Notes: generated from the sequence alone by a model not told the origin. Shown: positions 1-8,355, counted from the first letter of the stretch. The stretch is 32,816 nucleotides of DNA from a virus (IMGVR_UViG_3300037484_000317); one strand, 5' to 3'. A program made the numbers and translations.

Positions 1-1
1 G

Positions 2-550
2 ATGGTTAAGAACTCTGGTGGCAAGCTCGTCGTCCGACCGGACTCTGGCGACCCTTCGCCAGTCCAACTCAAGAGTCACGCTATCTTCGATCGCAAGATC
101 GGAATGAAGAAGAACATGAAGGGATACAAGGTTCTTCCTCCGTACTTTGGACTCATCCAAGGTGATGGCATCACAGATGAATCGATCCCTGAGATTCTTC
201 ACGCCATTCTCAGCCACGGTTATTCGGCCTCGAACCTTGGATTTGGAATGGGCGGAGGGCTACTCCAAATGGTCAATCGAGACACACAGAAGTGCGCCTT
301 CAAATGCGCAGCGTCCCTCATTAACGGGGACTGGATCGACGTCTCGAAGGATCCTATCACAGACAGTGGCAAGCGCAGCAAGAAGGGCCACCAAGCGCTC
401 ATCCGTGGAGTGGGGATGGACCAGGGCTATAAGACGGTGCGTGGCCCCGTAGCCAATGACATTCTCGTGCCGGTGTACGAAAACGGTGTGGTGCTCAAGC
501 ACTACACGCTCGACGAAGTACGCGCCAACTCGATGAAGGGCCTCGTATGA
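2..550 (+). CDS. nadV: Nicotinamide phosphoribosyltransferase (NAMPT/NadV), C-terminal part, truncated at the window start
   Basis: VVRPDSGDP, LIQGDGI, FGMGGGLLQMVNRDTQKCAFKC and KDPITDSGKRSKKG motifs are characteristic of NAMPT. Confidence 0.93.
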   Translation: MVKNSGGKLVVRPDSGDPSPVQLKSHAIFDRKIGMKKNMKGYKVLPPYFGLIQGDGITDESIPEILHAILSHGYSASNLGFGMGGGLLQMVNRDTQKCAFKCAASLINGDWIDVSKDPITDSGKRSKKGHQALIRGVGMDQGYKTVRGPVANDILVPVYENGVVLKHYTLDEVRANSMKGLV

Positions 551-610
551 TTCCTGGAACGAGAAGCTCCTCAAGAAAATCCAGTGGATGCTTCGCTGTA
601 GGGGAACCCA

Positions 611-2416
611 ATGTCTAAAACACGCGATCTGACCGGGCACAAATTCGGTAGGTTGGTTGTGGTTGGTGGGGGCACTTCAAATCTCACTCAGGTGAAATGC
701 GACTGTGGCCGAGAATTTGAAACTGGGAGATCCAACCTCACCTCTGGGAGCAGCACAAGTTGTGGTAAGGGTACTTGCCACCCCGGCTTCAAGGATCTTA
801 CAGGCCAGAGGTTTGGACATCTGGTTGCTAAAAAGGTCACTTCGGCCAAGCCGGGTTCCAAGAGGACTATCTGGGAATGCTTGTGTGATTGTGGACGTAC
901 ACATGAGGTAGTGACTCAGCTCCTAACTCGCGGGGCTGCCAAGAGCTGCGGGTGCCAGAGTAGGTTGCTGTTCTCTCAAAGGAAGACGCTCCCAGATAAC
1001 CGCAGTAGCGTGAATCGTATCCTCAGCAGATACCGAGAGCATGCTAAGAAACTTGGGGTTGTTTTCTCGCTGTCTCAGGAGGACTTCTGCACATTACTAG
1101 CTGATACTTGCCACTACTGTGGCTCCGAGCCATCCAATACGCGAATGGAAGAGAACCTGACACCTTCCAAAAGAGCGTTCAAATACAGTGGCATAGACCG
1201 TATCGACAGCAATCTAGGATACAGCAGGGACAACTGTGTACCCTGCTGTAAACGCTGTAACCTGGCCAAGCGGAAGATGTCCTACGGGGACTTCCTCGAC
1301 CTGGCTAAGAGCATAGCCTCTAGATTTACCATCGACTCTGGGGCCGCCAAACTTCTGGATCAGGAAAACAGGATCTACATCGTAGCCACAGGGTCTGGGG
1401 CCGGTCTTACCGAGATTCTTTGGCGTGTGCCTGGGATTAGCAGGGTGTTGGTAGGCACGTCGTTTCCCTATGCCACTGAGGCTACAGATCGGATTCTCGG
1501 CTACAAGCCGGAAAACTATTGTTCGGCTGAAACAGCCATTGCTCTGGCCATGGAAGCTTACTATCGAGCTTTTCAGCCGGGATCCTCTCCTGCGATAGGG
1601 TTAGGGCTCACGGGTTCTGTAGCTTCAACAACAGCCCATCGTGGGGACCATCGGGTTTTCGTTGCCACGGTGACAAATAAGGCTTGTCTAGTCTACTCGG
1701 CCACTTTGGTTAAGGGCTTTGGTCCCGAGGCTCGAAAGAGGGATGGTGAGATCTCGGACGCCCTTGGATTGGCTGCCCTCTTTGAAGCCACAGGCCATGC
1801 AGATACTACCAATATCAGTCACAGTCTCCTGGGTTTCGAAAAGAGGGACTGCACCGAAGAGGCTTTGCAGGTGCTTCTCGAACATCCTCTTTTCACAGCA
1901 GCAGGCGCACGTCAGAAGTCGCCTACCAATGGCAACGGTCTTGTTCTATTCCCAGGAGCCTTTAACCCTCCGCACGAGGGTCATAGGTGGATGGCAAAAG
2001 AGCACGATGCCACCTTCCACATCACGATCAATCCACCGCACAAGCCTGCTCTGACCGTGTCTGAGGTTCTACAGCGGGCCAAGATGCTGGAGGGGTTCCC
2101 CCGGCTATTCACGACGGATGACCCCCTCTACTTGGACAAGGCCCGAAGGTTCCCTGGGGCCAAGATCTTGATCGGAGTGGACGCCTTGGAGCGGATGCTT
2201 GACCCGAAGTGGGGGATTGAGATTCCCCCACTGCTAGCGGAGCTTCGCCAACTCGGGATCCGGTTCCTCGTGGCAGACCGAGAAATTGACGGTCAGATCC
2301 AGACCCTTGAGCAAATCACGGGGGCTCCGATGGACATCTGTGAACGGATCTTGCGACCGGCGCAGCATCTTCCCATGTCGTCCACCAAGATTCGGGAAGC
2401 ACGGGCTCAAGGGTAA
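611..2416 (+). CDS. Fusion protein: N-terminal HNH homing-endonuclease-like region, CinA-like domain, and HxGH nucleotidyltransferase (probable NMN/NaMN adenylyltransferase)
   Basis: Two DLTGxxFGxL...CxCDCG repeats, CHYCG and GIDRIDSNLGYSRDNCVPCCKRCN (aa 1-235). Then IVATGSG...GLGLTGSVAS...HRGDHR, LFPGAFNPPHEGH, IGVDALERMLDPKW and MSSTKIR. Confidence 0.8.
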   Translation: MSKTRDLTGHKFGRLVVVGGGTSNLTQVKCDCGREFETGRSNLTSGSSTSCGKGTCHPGFKDLTGQRFGHLVAKKVTSAKPGSKRTIWECLCDCGRTHEVVTQLLTRGAAKSCGCQSRLLFSQRKTLPDNRSSVNRILSRYREHAKKLGVVFSLSQEDFCTLLADTCHYCGSEPSNTRMEENLTPSKRAFKYSGIDRIDSNLGYSRDNCVPCCKRCNLAKRKMSYGDFLDLAKSIASRFTIDSGAAKLLDQENRIYIVATGSGAGLTEILWRVPGISRVLVGTSFPYATEATDRILGYKPENYCSAETAIALAMEAYYRAFQPGSSPAIGLGLTGSVASTTAHRGDHRVFVATVTNKACLVYSATLVKGFGPEARKRDGEISDALGLAALFEATGHADTTNISHSLLGFEKRDCTEEALQVLLEHPLFTAAGARQKSPTNGNGLVLFPGAFNPPHEGHRWMAKEHDATFHITINPPHKPALTVSEVLQRAKMLEGFPRLFTTDDPLYLDKARRFPGAKILIGVDALERMLDPKWGIEIPPLLAELRQLGIRFLVADREIDGQIQTLEQITGAPMDICERILRPAQHLPMSSTKIREARAQG

Positions 2417-2577
2417 TGACTCACTGGTACATCTACGTCCGCAACGAAGATGGGACGGTCTATTACGAGCGTACGTGCGGAACACTGGACAGCGCCGAGA
2501 GGCGAGTGAGGGAGTTGAAAGAGCGCGGTAAGGACGCATGGCATCAGACCTCTACCTACCCCGGAGCATTCTACTGA
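2416..2577 (+). CDS. Hypothetical protein, 53 aa (MTHWYIYVRNEDG...), not in the ORF track
   Basis: TAATG overlap with the upstream stop; fills the gap exactly. Confidence 0.7.
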   Translation: MTHWYIYVRNEDGTVYYERTCGTLDSAERRVRELKERGKDAWHQTSTYPGAFY

Positions 2578-2596
2578 ACTCGGGAGTAAGAGACCC

Positions 2597-2842
2597 ATGC
2601 GCAACGATTACGTGATTTCATCCGCTAGGGGTGCTGTCAAGGGACAAGATGTTGTAAGTCTCAGCGCATCCAGGGCTGAGATGGCAGAGCTACGTGCTGC
2701 GCTCAAGATCTTAGCAAAGTACGAGAAGAGAGCCTTCAAGGTAGCTGGGTACGATCCAGGGAATGCTGACTGGACGATGGTGAACCAGAACTTTCGCAGA
2801 GGTTGCGTGGTCATGACCATCGACCATGGGGCTTGTGGATGA
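2597..2842 (+). CDS. Hypothetical protein
   Basis: GGGAG RBS-like sequence upstream; collinear gene packing. Confidence 0.7.
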   Translation: MRNDYVISSARGAVKGQDVVSLSASRAEMAELRAALKILAKYEKRAFKVAGYDPGNADWTMVNQNFRRGCVVMTIDHGACG

Positions 2843-3066
2843 AAGCCACAATCCTCACTGCCGCACTGCTGCTCTGCGCTGGGTGTGAATTCGACGGGTG
2901 TGGCCACTATCGCAACACCAATCTGAATCCTATGACGTACACCGAGACCATTGGTATGTGCAAGTACGTATGCGGTGAGGATCTTGGCATGCGCCTTGAC
3001 CAAGTGGAGATTTCTCCAAGTGACGTCGGATGGTACGTGAGTTCTTGCACCTGTAAGGCCCAGTGA
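2839..3066 (+). CDS. Small Cys-rich putative lipoprotein
   Basis: ATGA overlap; MKATILTAALLLCAGC signal peptide with lipobox-like end. Confidence 0.65.
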   Translation: MKATILTAALLLCAGCEFDGCGHYRNTNLNPMTYTETIGMCKYVCGEDLGMRLDQVEISPSDVGWYVSSCTCKAQ

Positions 3067-3067
3067 T

Positions 3068-3547
3068 ATGACGTGCGCAAAATGTGGGGCGGTCGGGGAG
3101 GAAATGATCATCGAGTCGCAGGTGAATCCGGTGACCGTGTGCATGGACAAAAGAGCGTGTGAACAGAGGCGCTATCCAGTGACTTGCGCAAAGTGCACGG
3201 CGGACGGGAGCGTTCGTGACGGTGTGCGGAAGGTGTTGGGGGAGTGGCAGTGTGGGGATAGCACTGCCTGCGCCCTTCGCGTTGAGCTACGCGAGTGGAA
3301 GGCGCTCGCGATCAAGCGCAGGGAGCTTAACGAGCGTGACGAGACGGCCTGGGAGAAGTTGGTTGAGGAACGCGACGCCGAGCTGCGAGACCTGCGGGCG
3401 TCGGTGCTCGCGGTGGCAGAACAGATGACCGGGAATCGGTTGCGCGGCGCACGCGGAGCCGTTGGTGGTGACCAGGTGTATATGTGGGCCGACGATCTAT
3501 GCGAGGCTATGACCCGATGGCCATCGCATAAGGCACCAATCGTGTAA
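3068..3547 (+). CDS. Hypothetical protein with duplicated TCAKC Zn-ribbon-like motifs and a coiled coil
   Basis: TCAKC twice with downstream CxxxxxC motifs; gene packing. Confidence 0.65.
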   Translation: MTCAKCGAVGEEMIIESQVNPVTVCMDKRACEQRRYPVTCAKCTADGSVRDGVRKVLGEWQCGDSTACALRVELREWKALAIKRRELNERDETAWEKLVEERDAELRDLRASVLAVAEQMTGNRLRGARGAVGGDQVYMWADDLCEAMTRWPSHKAPIV

Positions 3548-3569
3548 TGGTCCGCTCCCCGCCCGTTAC
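3543..3569 (+). promoter_or_regulatory. ECF-sigma-type promoter GTAA-N16-CGTTAC
   Basis: GTAA 3544-3547, CGTTAC 3564-3569, followed by GAGGA RBS and ATG at 3589. Confidence 0.7.
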
Positions 3570-3588
3570 ACTGCTGAGGACAGAACCC

Positions 3589-3795
3589 ATGAACCTGGTA
3601 TACGCAGCAAAAAGCGACGCAGATGGAAGAGCGCAGCTCAAGATGATGGGTGAATCGGCGGTCGCTGGGATGCTGGCAATGCACACCTTCAATGACATCA
3701 TGACTGGTGCCAATCCACTCACGGCTGAAGAAATCCGACGGCTCCACGAAAAACGGTCACAGTGGTCGTTCCTCTCCACCTGGTACAAGAGCTAA
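3589..3795 (+). CDS. Hypothetical protein
   Basis: ATG 3589 after GAGGA RBS and promoter motif; in frame with track ORF 3547..3795. Confidence 0.65.
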   Translation: MNLVYAAKSDADGRAQLKMMGESAVAGMLAMHTFNDIMTGANPLTAEEIRRLHEKRSQWSFLSTWYKS

Positions 3796-3798
3796 ACA

Positions 3799-4779
3799 AT
3801 GAGCACACATGCAGTCAACGTAATTCGGGTCCCTGTGGTCGAGAAGCATCCGATGGCGGATACGCTCGGCATGGTCAAGATCGGTGGGTACACTTGCGTC
3901 ACGAAGCTTGGAGGCTTCGTGGAGGGTGACCTTGCGGTCTACATCGAGCCGGACTACGTGGTGCCTGAGGGGCGTGCGGAGTTCGCGTTCCTTGGTGAGC
4001 ACCGTCGGATCAAGGCCCGCAAGTTCCGTGGGGTCTACAGCCACGGGCTTATGATTCCTGCTGAGCCCGACATGCACGAGGGACAGGACGTGATGGAGCG
4101 CCTGGGCATCACCCGCTACGAGCCCGTGCTTGAGGGAGATGCTGATGAGGTTCCGCATCCTTCGCTCAGTGGGCTCTCTGCGTACGACGTGGAGAACTGG
4201 CGGAGTAGGTCGCAGAGCGCGGAGCCGCGCCAGTGGCGAGACCTCTTTGTTCCGGGTGAGGAAGTTATCGTCACGGAGAAGATTCACGGGGAGTCCGCGC
4301 GCTTCTGCTGGCGTGAGGGGCGGATGTGGATCAGCTCCAAGAATCGCTGGAAGCTGCTCGACAGCGCAACGTCGTGGGCGAGGGCACTGCGGGACAATCC
4401 GTGGCTTACCCCCTGGTGTGAGGCCCACGAGGAGTCGGTCCTCTTTGGCGAGGTGCACGGCCACGTCAAGGGATTTGACTACGGTGTTCCCAAGGGGAAG
4501 ATTGGCTTCCGGTCCTTCGACCGGAAGATCGCATCCATCTGGACAGACGCCAAGGACTTCCTCATGCGGAGCGATCTGGATACCAGTCAGACGGTCCCCC
4601 TCATCTACCACGGGCCGTACAACCACGCCCTCATGGAAGAGCTTGCGGAGGGTGATAGCCTCATCGGCAAGCACATGCGGGAGGGCATCGTCATCAAGCC
4701 CGCAGTGGAGCGCCTGGATTCCGAACTGGGACGTGTCTCCCTCAAGCTCGTGAGCAACCGGTATCTGGAGAAGAGCTGA
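3799..4779 (+). CDS. ATP-dependent RNA ligase (Rnl2/DRB0094-like) with N-terminal OB/tRNA-binding-like domain
   Basis: HPMADTL and RGVYSHGL N-terminal motifs; motif I TEKIHGES, LFGEVHG, REGIVIKP, LKLVSNRYL. Confidence 0.9.
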   Translation: MSTHAVNVIRVPVVEKHPMADTLGMVKIGGYTCVTKLGGFVEGDLAVYIEPDYVVPEGRAEFAFLGEHRRIKARKFRGVYSHGLMIPAEPDMHEGQDVMERLGITRYEPVLEGDADEVPHPSLSGLSAYDVENWRSRSQSAEPRQWRDLFVPGEEVIVTEKIHGESARFCWREGRMWISSKNRWKLLDSATSWARALRDNPWLTPWCEAHEESVLFGEVHGHVKGFDYGVPKGKIGFRSFDRKIASIWTDAKDFLMRSDLDTSQTVPLIYHGPYNHALMEELAEGDSLIGKHMREGIVIKPAVERLDSELGRVSLKLVSNRYLEKS

Positions 4780-4783
4780 CTCC

Positions 4784-5134
4784 ATGAAGAGTCAAGACTA
4801 CAACAAAGGCTACATCGCCGGACTGCGATGTGCCAAGCGGTACTTGTCTGACAACAAGACGGCTCATCAGGCGATCAATGACAAGATCGCTAAGCTGAAG
4901 CGAAAGAGCGCTCCTCGCCACAAGATCGGCAATGTGTGGCGGAACAAGAAAGAGCACGGAGGTGAGGCCATTTACCAGCCGATGGAGGTGGTCGGTGTGG
5001 GCATCTCTTTCAGAGGCTACACAACGGAGGATGGGGTTGTGATTCCGCCAAATCACGTCACTCTGCGCATGTCCGATGGAGAGGATTGGGCGTTGGACGA
5101 GCTGAAAGACGCTGGGTGGCGCAAAGCCCAGTAG
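4784..5134 (+). CDS. Hypothetical protein
   Basis: Gene packing; TAG stop. Confidence 0.65.
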   Translation: MKSQDYNKGYIAGLRCAKRYLSDNKTAHQAINDKIAKLKRKSAPRHKIGNVWRNKKEHGGEAIYQPMEVVGVGISFRGYTTEDGVVIPPNHVTLRMSDGEDWALDELKDAGWRKAQ

Positions 5135-5139
5135 GCTCG

Positions 5140-5167
5140 TGAAACGGGGGCCCGCCCGGTTCGTTAC
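5140..5167 (+). promoter_or_regulatory. Variant ECF-type promoter GAAA-N17-CGTTAC
   Basis: GAAA 5141-5144, CGTTAC 5162-5167, then GCGAGG and ATG 5188. Confidence 0.5.
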
Positions 5168-5187
5168 CTTAGCGAGGAACACACTAC

Positions 5188-5610
5188 ATGGACCACCGAG
5201 ATTCAATGCGAGAGCACGGAAACCTTCTTCGATCTCTGCCGGACGTGGAATTCGACATGGCCAAGATGGTCGCCACGTTCTGTCCTGACGAAGACGACGG
5301 AAAGGTGCACACACTAGCCCTCAAGTGGGAAGTCTGCGGTACGTGCGGTGGGGTCGGCAAGCATGTCAATCCAAGCGTGGATTCCCATGGAATTTCTTCC
5401 GAGGAGTTTGCAGAGGATCCGGACTTCAAGGAGAACTACTTCGGCGGGGTCTACGACGTGACGTGCTACGGGTGTGAGGGACGCACCACAGCCCTCGCCA
5501 TCGACGAGGGTGTGACCGACAAGGACGCACTCAAGGCCGCGGAAGCCCACTTCAAGGAAGAGGGGCAGTACCGCAGCCAGTGCAACTACGAACGCATGAT
5601 GGGGTACTGA
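5188..5610 (+). CDS. Hypothetical phage protein with CxxCxGxG-type zinc-finger motifs
   Basis: CGTCGGVG and CYGCEG; GAGGA RBS. Confidence 0.75.
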   Translation: MDHRDSMREHGNLLRSLPDVEFDMAKMVATFCPDEDDGKVHTLALKWEVCGTCGGVGKHVNPSVDSHGISSEEFAEDPDFKENYFGGVYDVTCYGCEGRTTALAIDEGVTDKDALKAAEAHFKEEGQYRSQCNYERMMGY

Positions 5611-5612
5611 CT

Positions 5613-5720
5613 GTGGCTAAAGCGAAGTCCGTTCTTCGGTACACAGGTGGGAATGCCCGGCAGCGCAGGCGTCTTCGGCGCTACAAAGGTCCGATCATTT
5701 TCGGGGGCCAACGCCCCTGA
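5613..5720 (+). CDS. Small basic hypothetical protein, 35 aa (MAKAKSVLRYTGGNARQRRRLRR...)
   Basis: GTG start 2 nt after the previous stop; fills the gap up to the next promoter. Confidence 0.45.
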   Translation: MAKAKSVLRYTGGNARQRRRLRRYKGPIIFGGQRP

Positions 5721-5724
5721 ATCG

Positions 5725-5751
5725 TGTAATCGATGGCCTTTCACCCGTTAC
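5725..5751 (+). promoter_or_regulatory. ECF-sigma-type promoter GTAA-N16-CGTTAC
   Basis: GTAA 5726-5729, CGTTAC 5746-5751, ATG 5770. Confidence 0.7.
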
Positions 5752-5769
5752 ATAGGTGAGAGGTTCCCC

Positions 5770-6531
5770 ATGAAGATTCCCAGCTACACCAAGTTCGCCC
5801 TGTTCCTTCTCGTGCTCTGCGCCCCCATGTCGGCTCAGGCCCAGGACGTGGCAGCGGCACGGACGTACTTCGCGAGCGCAAGTCTTGCGTTCGATGAGGC
5901 ACGCTGGATCGATTGCGCTCACGACTTCGAGCGAAGCTTTCAGAACTCGTTCGCGCCCGTGCTCCTGTACAACGTCGGCCTCTGCTACCAGCGGGCAGCG
6001 GGTCAGGCACCGGACGCAGAGGCACGACCCCTTCTGGAGCGGGCACTGTCTGCCTTCCAGCGGTACCTTCGGGAGATTCCGGATGCGGACAACGCAGACC
6101 GGGTGAATATCGCACTACTAGACATCCGGGCACGCCTCGCACGGACCGTAGAGGCCCCATTGGAGGTCACTGAGACCCCCACGGAAGCGGCTGCTCCTGT
6201 CGCAACCCCCGTGCTCACGACCCCCACGGTAGAGACCCAGCGGCGTGGTCGGTACCCACTCACGATTGTGGGTGGGGCTCTGACGGTCGTTCTCACGGCG
6301 GTTGCAATCGGATTGGGAGCGCACGTACTGTCGATACAGGGGGACTGTCCTGACAATGTGTGTGCGGACACGAAGCTGAAGGATGAGGGGAACGCCTACA
6401 GGCTCGCTACGAACGTCATGCTGGCGCTGTCCGGGCTGGTCCTGGCGGGCACCGCAGTGGGGTTCTACTTCGAGTTCACGGCTACAGAGCCCGTGTCTCG
6501 TGCGGGCCTCACCCTGAGCGGGAGCTTCTGA
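5770..6531 (+). CDS. Secreted/membrane TPR protein (signal peptide, TPR, Pro/Thr linker, two C-terminal hydrophobic helices)
   Basis: FALFLLVLCAPMSAQA signal; LLYNVGLCY and FQRYLREIPDA TPR-like segments; two TM-like stretches. Confidence 0.75.
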   Translation: MKIPSYTKFALFLLVLCAPMSAQAQDVAAARTYFASASLAFDEARWIDCAHDFERSFQNSFAPVLLYNVGLCYQRAAGQAPDAEARPLLERALSAFQRYLREIPDADNADRVNIALLDIRARLARTVEAPLEVTETPTEAAAPVATPVLTTPTVETQRRGRYPLTIVGGALTVVLTAVAIGLGAHVLSIQGDCPDNVCADTKLKDEGNAYRLATNVMLALSGLVLAGTAVGFYFEFTATEPVSRAGLTLSGSF

Positions 6532-6533
6532 CC

Positions 6534-6791
6534 ATGGGGAGGGTCCAAACAGACACCTCAACGGGTCGATGTGCCCCACACATGGTCGGGGATGAGGAGT
6601 TCACGATCACGTTCGAGGGTGGGAGCTACCGAAAGGCCCCTAGGGTCATACGGACTCCGGTGCCACGCCCTCGTGCGTTGGCGACTGATGAACTCGTCAT
6701 CATAAAGATGATGCAGTTGGGGATACGCCTTCTCGTATCCTTCCTGGTCGGATACCTACTGATGCTTCTGATCGTTTTCCTCAGGGGGTAG
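6534..6791 (+). CDS. Small membrane protein
   Basis: C-terminal hydrophobic helix; gene packing. Confidence 0.55.
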   Translation: MGRVQTDTSTGRCAPHMVGDEEFTITFEGGSYRKAPRVIRTPVPRPRALATDELVIIKMMQLGIRLLVSFLVGYLLMLLIVFLRG

Positions 6792-6848
6792 AATGGATTA
6801 CGCTCCAACACAGGATCGGAAGGGTCGGGATTTATCCCCAGGGGATAT

Positions 6849-6985
6849 CGTTCGATTCAATCTCTGAACTCCGACACTCACGAGGCAATCCTCAGGTCGG
6901 TTCTCGCTTCAACGAGATCCGCTTCAGTTGCCTGAAGTCTTACAATCCCTCTGCGAGCAGTCACCGGAGTTCCTCCGGTCAGAAT
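6849..6985 (-). ncRNA. Putative TnpB omegaRNA (reRNA) scaffold overlapping the tnpB 3' end
   Basis: Hairpins ACCGGAG-GAA-CTCCGGT (6979-6963) and CTTCAG-GCAA-CTGAAG (6937-6922, GNRA loop); ends near GAACG at 6849; position typical for TnpB loci; boundaries approximate. Confidence 0.6.
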
Positions 6986-8125
6986 TCGTTCCCCATACGC
7001 TTGGAGATTGAGCGATGCGTTTTCATCCCTGTCGATGCTAAGACCGCAAGAGTCGCAGCAATAGGTCCGTGTCCCAAGGTCCAAGACCAGTTTCACGTTC
7101 CAGCACCTCGAACAGATCTTCGAGGATGGAAAGAATCGATCGGCTACGATCAATCTGACTCCGTACCACTCAGTCTTGTAGGTGAGCTGTCTGCGGACTT
7201 CCCCGAAGGAAGCTCCTGAGACTGCTCTTGCTAGCTTGTGATTCTTGACCATCCCACTGACGTTCAAGTCCTCAATGACGATCACCGAAGGTCGTTTGGT
7301 TTTCACGATCTCCGAAGTCATCTTGTGGATTACGTCGTTCCTCTGAAATGAGACTCGGGCATGGACGCGGGCAAGTCGGGCCTTCGTCTTTGCCCTACGA
7401 TTAGTTCCTTTCTTCTTCTGGCGATTCAGCCGCTTACTGAGTTTCTTGATTAACCGCTGGGAGGCATCAAGGTGCTTGGGATTTTCGTATAGAGTCCCGT
7501 CGGACAGGACTGCAAGGGTCTTGATCCCAAGATCAATTCCAAGTACGGGCCAAGTTGTCTCAACCTTCTTTGGTTCAGCGTCCTCAATGAGAACACTCAC
7601 ATACCAACGGCCAGCTTTCTCACTGATCGTAACCGTTTTCACGGGTCGGTCCGTAGGGACATACCCATGCTCTTTCAATCGGACACGACCAATCTTCGGG
7701 AGCTTGATTGAGGCGGTTGAAACAGAAACCTTCTGGGGGAACTGAAATGAAGCTCTACAGACACCCTTCTTCTTGAACTGGGGGTACCCAGGTTTCTTCC
7801 CAGCTTTCACGTTCTTGAAGAAGGATTGGAAGGCAGAGTGAAGTCGTTGAATTGACATCTGTAGAGTGGAGGCAGTGACCTCGGATAGCCAGGGATGAGT
7901 TGTAATCTTAATGATTGGCAATTGCTTTTGCAAATCAAAAGGCATCAAGGCCCCCTTGACTTTTTCACCCTCAGGTGTAGCCGACTTCTTCTCTTCGTAG
8001 TCCTTATTGCACTCACCCAACGCCCAGTTCCAAACATTCCTGGCCCCATCCGCATGGCGCTTGAACGCCGTGCGCTGGCAGTTGTTCGGATCGAGTTCTA
8101 CCTTGTAGGTTCGAAGAAAGGTCAC
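6878..8125 (-). CDS. tnpB: RNA-guided endonuclease TnpB (IS200/IS605/IS607 OrfB family)
   Basis: N-terminal HTH-like region; RuvC motifs LGIDLG, VIEDL, DRDENASLNL intact; CSRC...CDSC zinc finger; FFPSSKIC. Confidence 0.95.
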   Translation of the reverse strand: MTFLRTYKVELDPNNCQRTAFKRHADGARNVWNWALGECNKDYEEKKSATPEGEKVKGALMPFDLQKQLPIIKITTHPWLSEVTASTLQMSIQRLHSAFQSFFKNVKAGKKPGYPQFKKKGVCRASFQFPQKVSVSTASIKLPKIGRVRLKEHGYVPTDRPVKTVTISEKAGRWYVSVLIEDAEPKKVETTWPVLGIDLGIKTLAVLSDGTLYENPKHLDASQRLIKKLSKRLNRQKKKGTNRRAKTKARLARVHARVSFQRNDVIHKMTSEIVKTKRPSVIVIEDLNVSGMVKNHKLARAVSGASFGEVRRQLTYKTEWYGVRLIVADRFFPSSKICSRCWNVKLVLDLGTRTYCCDSCGLSIDRDENASLNLQAYGERILTGGTPVTARRGIVRLQATEADLVEARTDLRIAS

Positions 8126-8277
8126 TTGGGTTCGGAGTTCTTTCGGCGTTCAATCTCCAGGGCCAGAAGTGTTCTGACTACTTGGGCCGATGAGCAACGA
8201 AGCCTCTTGGCCTCTTCCCGCACCCAATCCACGATGTCCTTTGGAAGACCGATGCTTGTCTGTGGAACCTTCTTCAT
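8122..8277 (-). CDS. Ribbon-helix-helix (CopG/Arc-like) protein, 51 aa, not in the ORF track
   Basis: MKKVPQTSIGLPKDIVDWVREEAKRLRCSSAQVVRTLL has the beta-helix-helix pattern; GTGA overlap with the tnpB start. Confidence 0.75.
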   Translation of the reverse strand: MKKVPQTSIGLPKDIVDWVREEAKRLRCSSAQVVRTLLALEIERRKNSEPK

Positions 8278-8283
8278 ACAGTC

Positions 8284-8314
8284 ACTATACCCAAAGAGTA
8301 AGGTATAATGTCAA
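8284..8314 (-). promoter_or_regulatory. Sigma70-like promoter for a leaderless RHH-tnpB transcript, overlapped by a TATACC-N10-GGTATA inverted repeat
   Basis: Minus strand TTGACA-N19-TATAGT then 6 nt to ATG 8277; inverted repeat arms 8286-8291 and 8302-8307; the 19-nt spacer is atypical. Confidence 0.5.
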
Positions 8315-8355
8315 AAACGGAAGCTGGGTGTCTGCCACTTCGGTATAGTGCCCTT

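Noticed and set aside
611-1340. Intein or group I intron explaining the HNH fusion
   Set aside because: The HNH is at the very N-terminus; no His-Asn/Cys-Ser-Thr splice junction or recognisable intron core was found
3757-4785. Long antisense ORFs (3757..4785, 11288..12172, 13533..14492 and others)
   Set aside because: Shadow frames of well-supported + strand genes in GC-rich DNA, with no motifs
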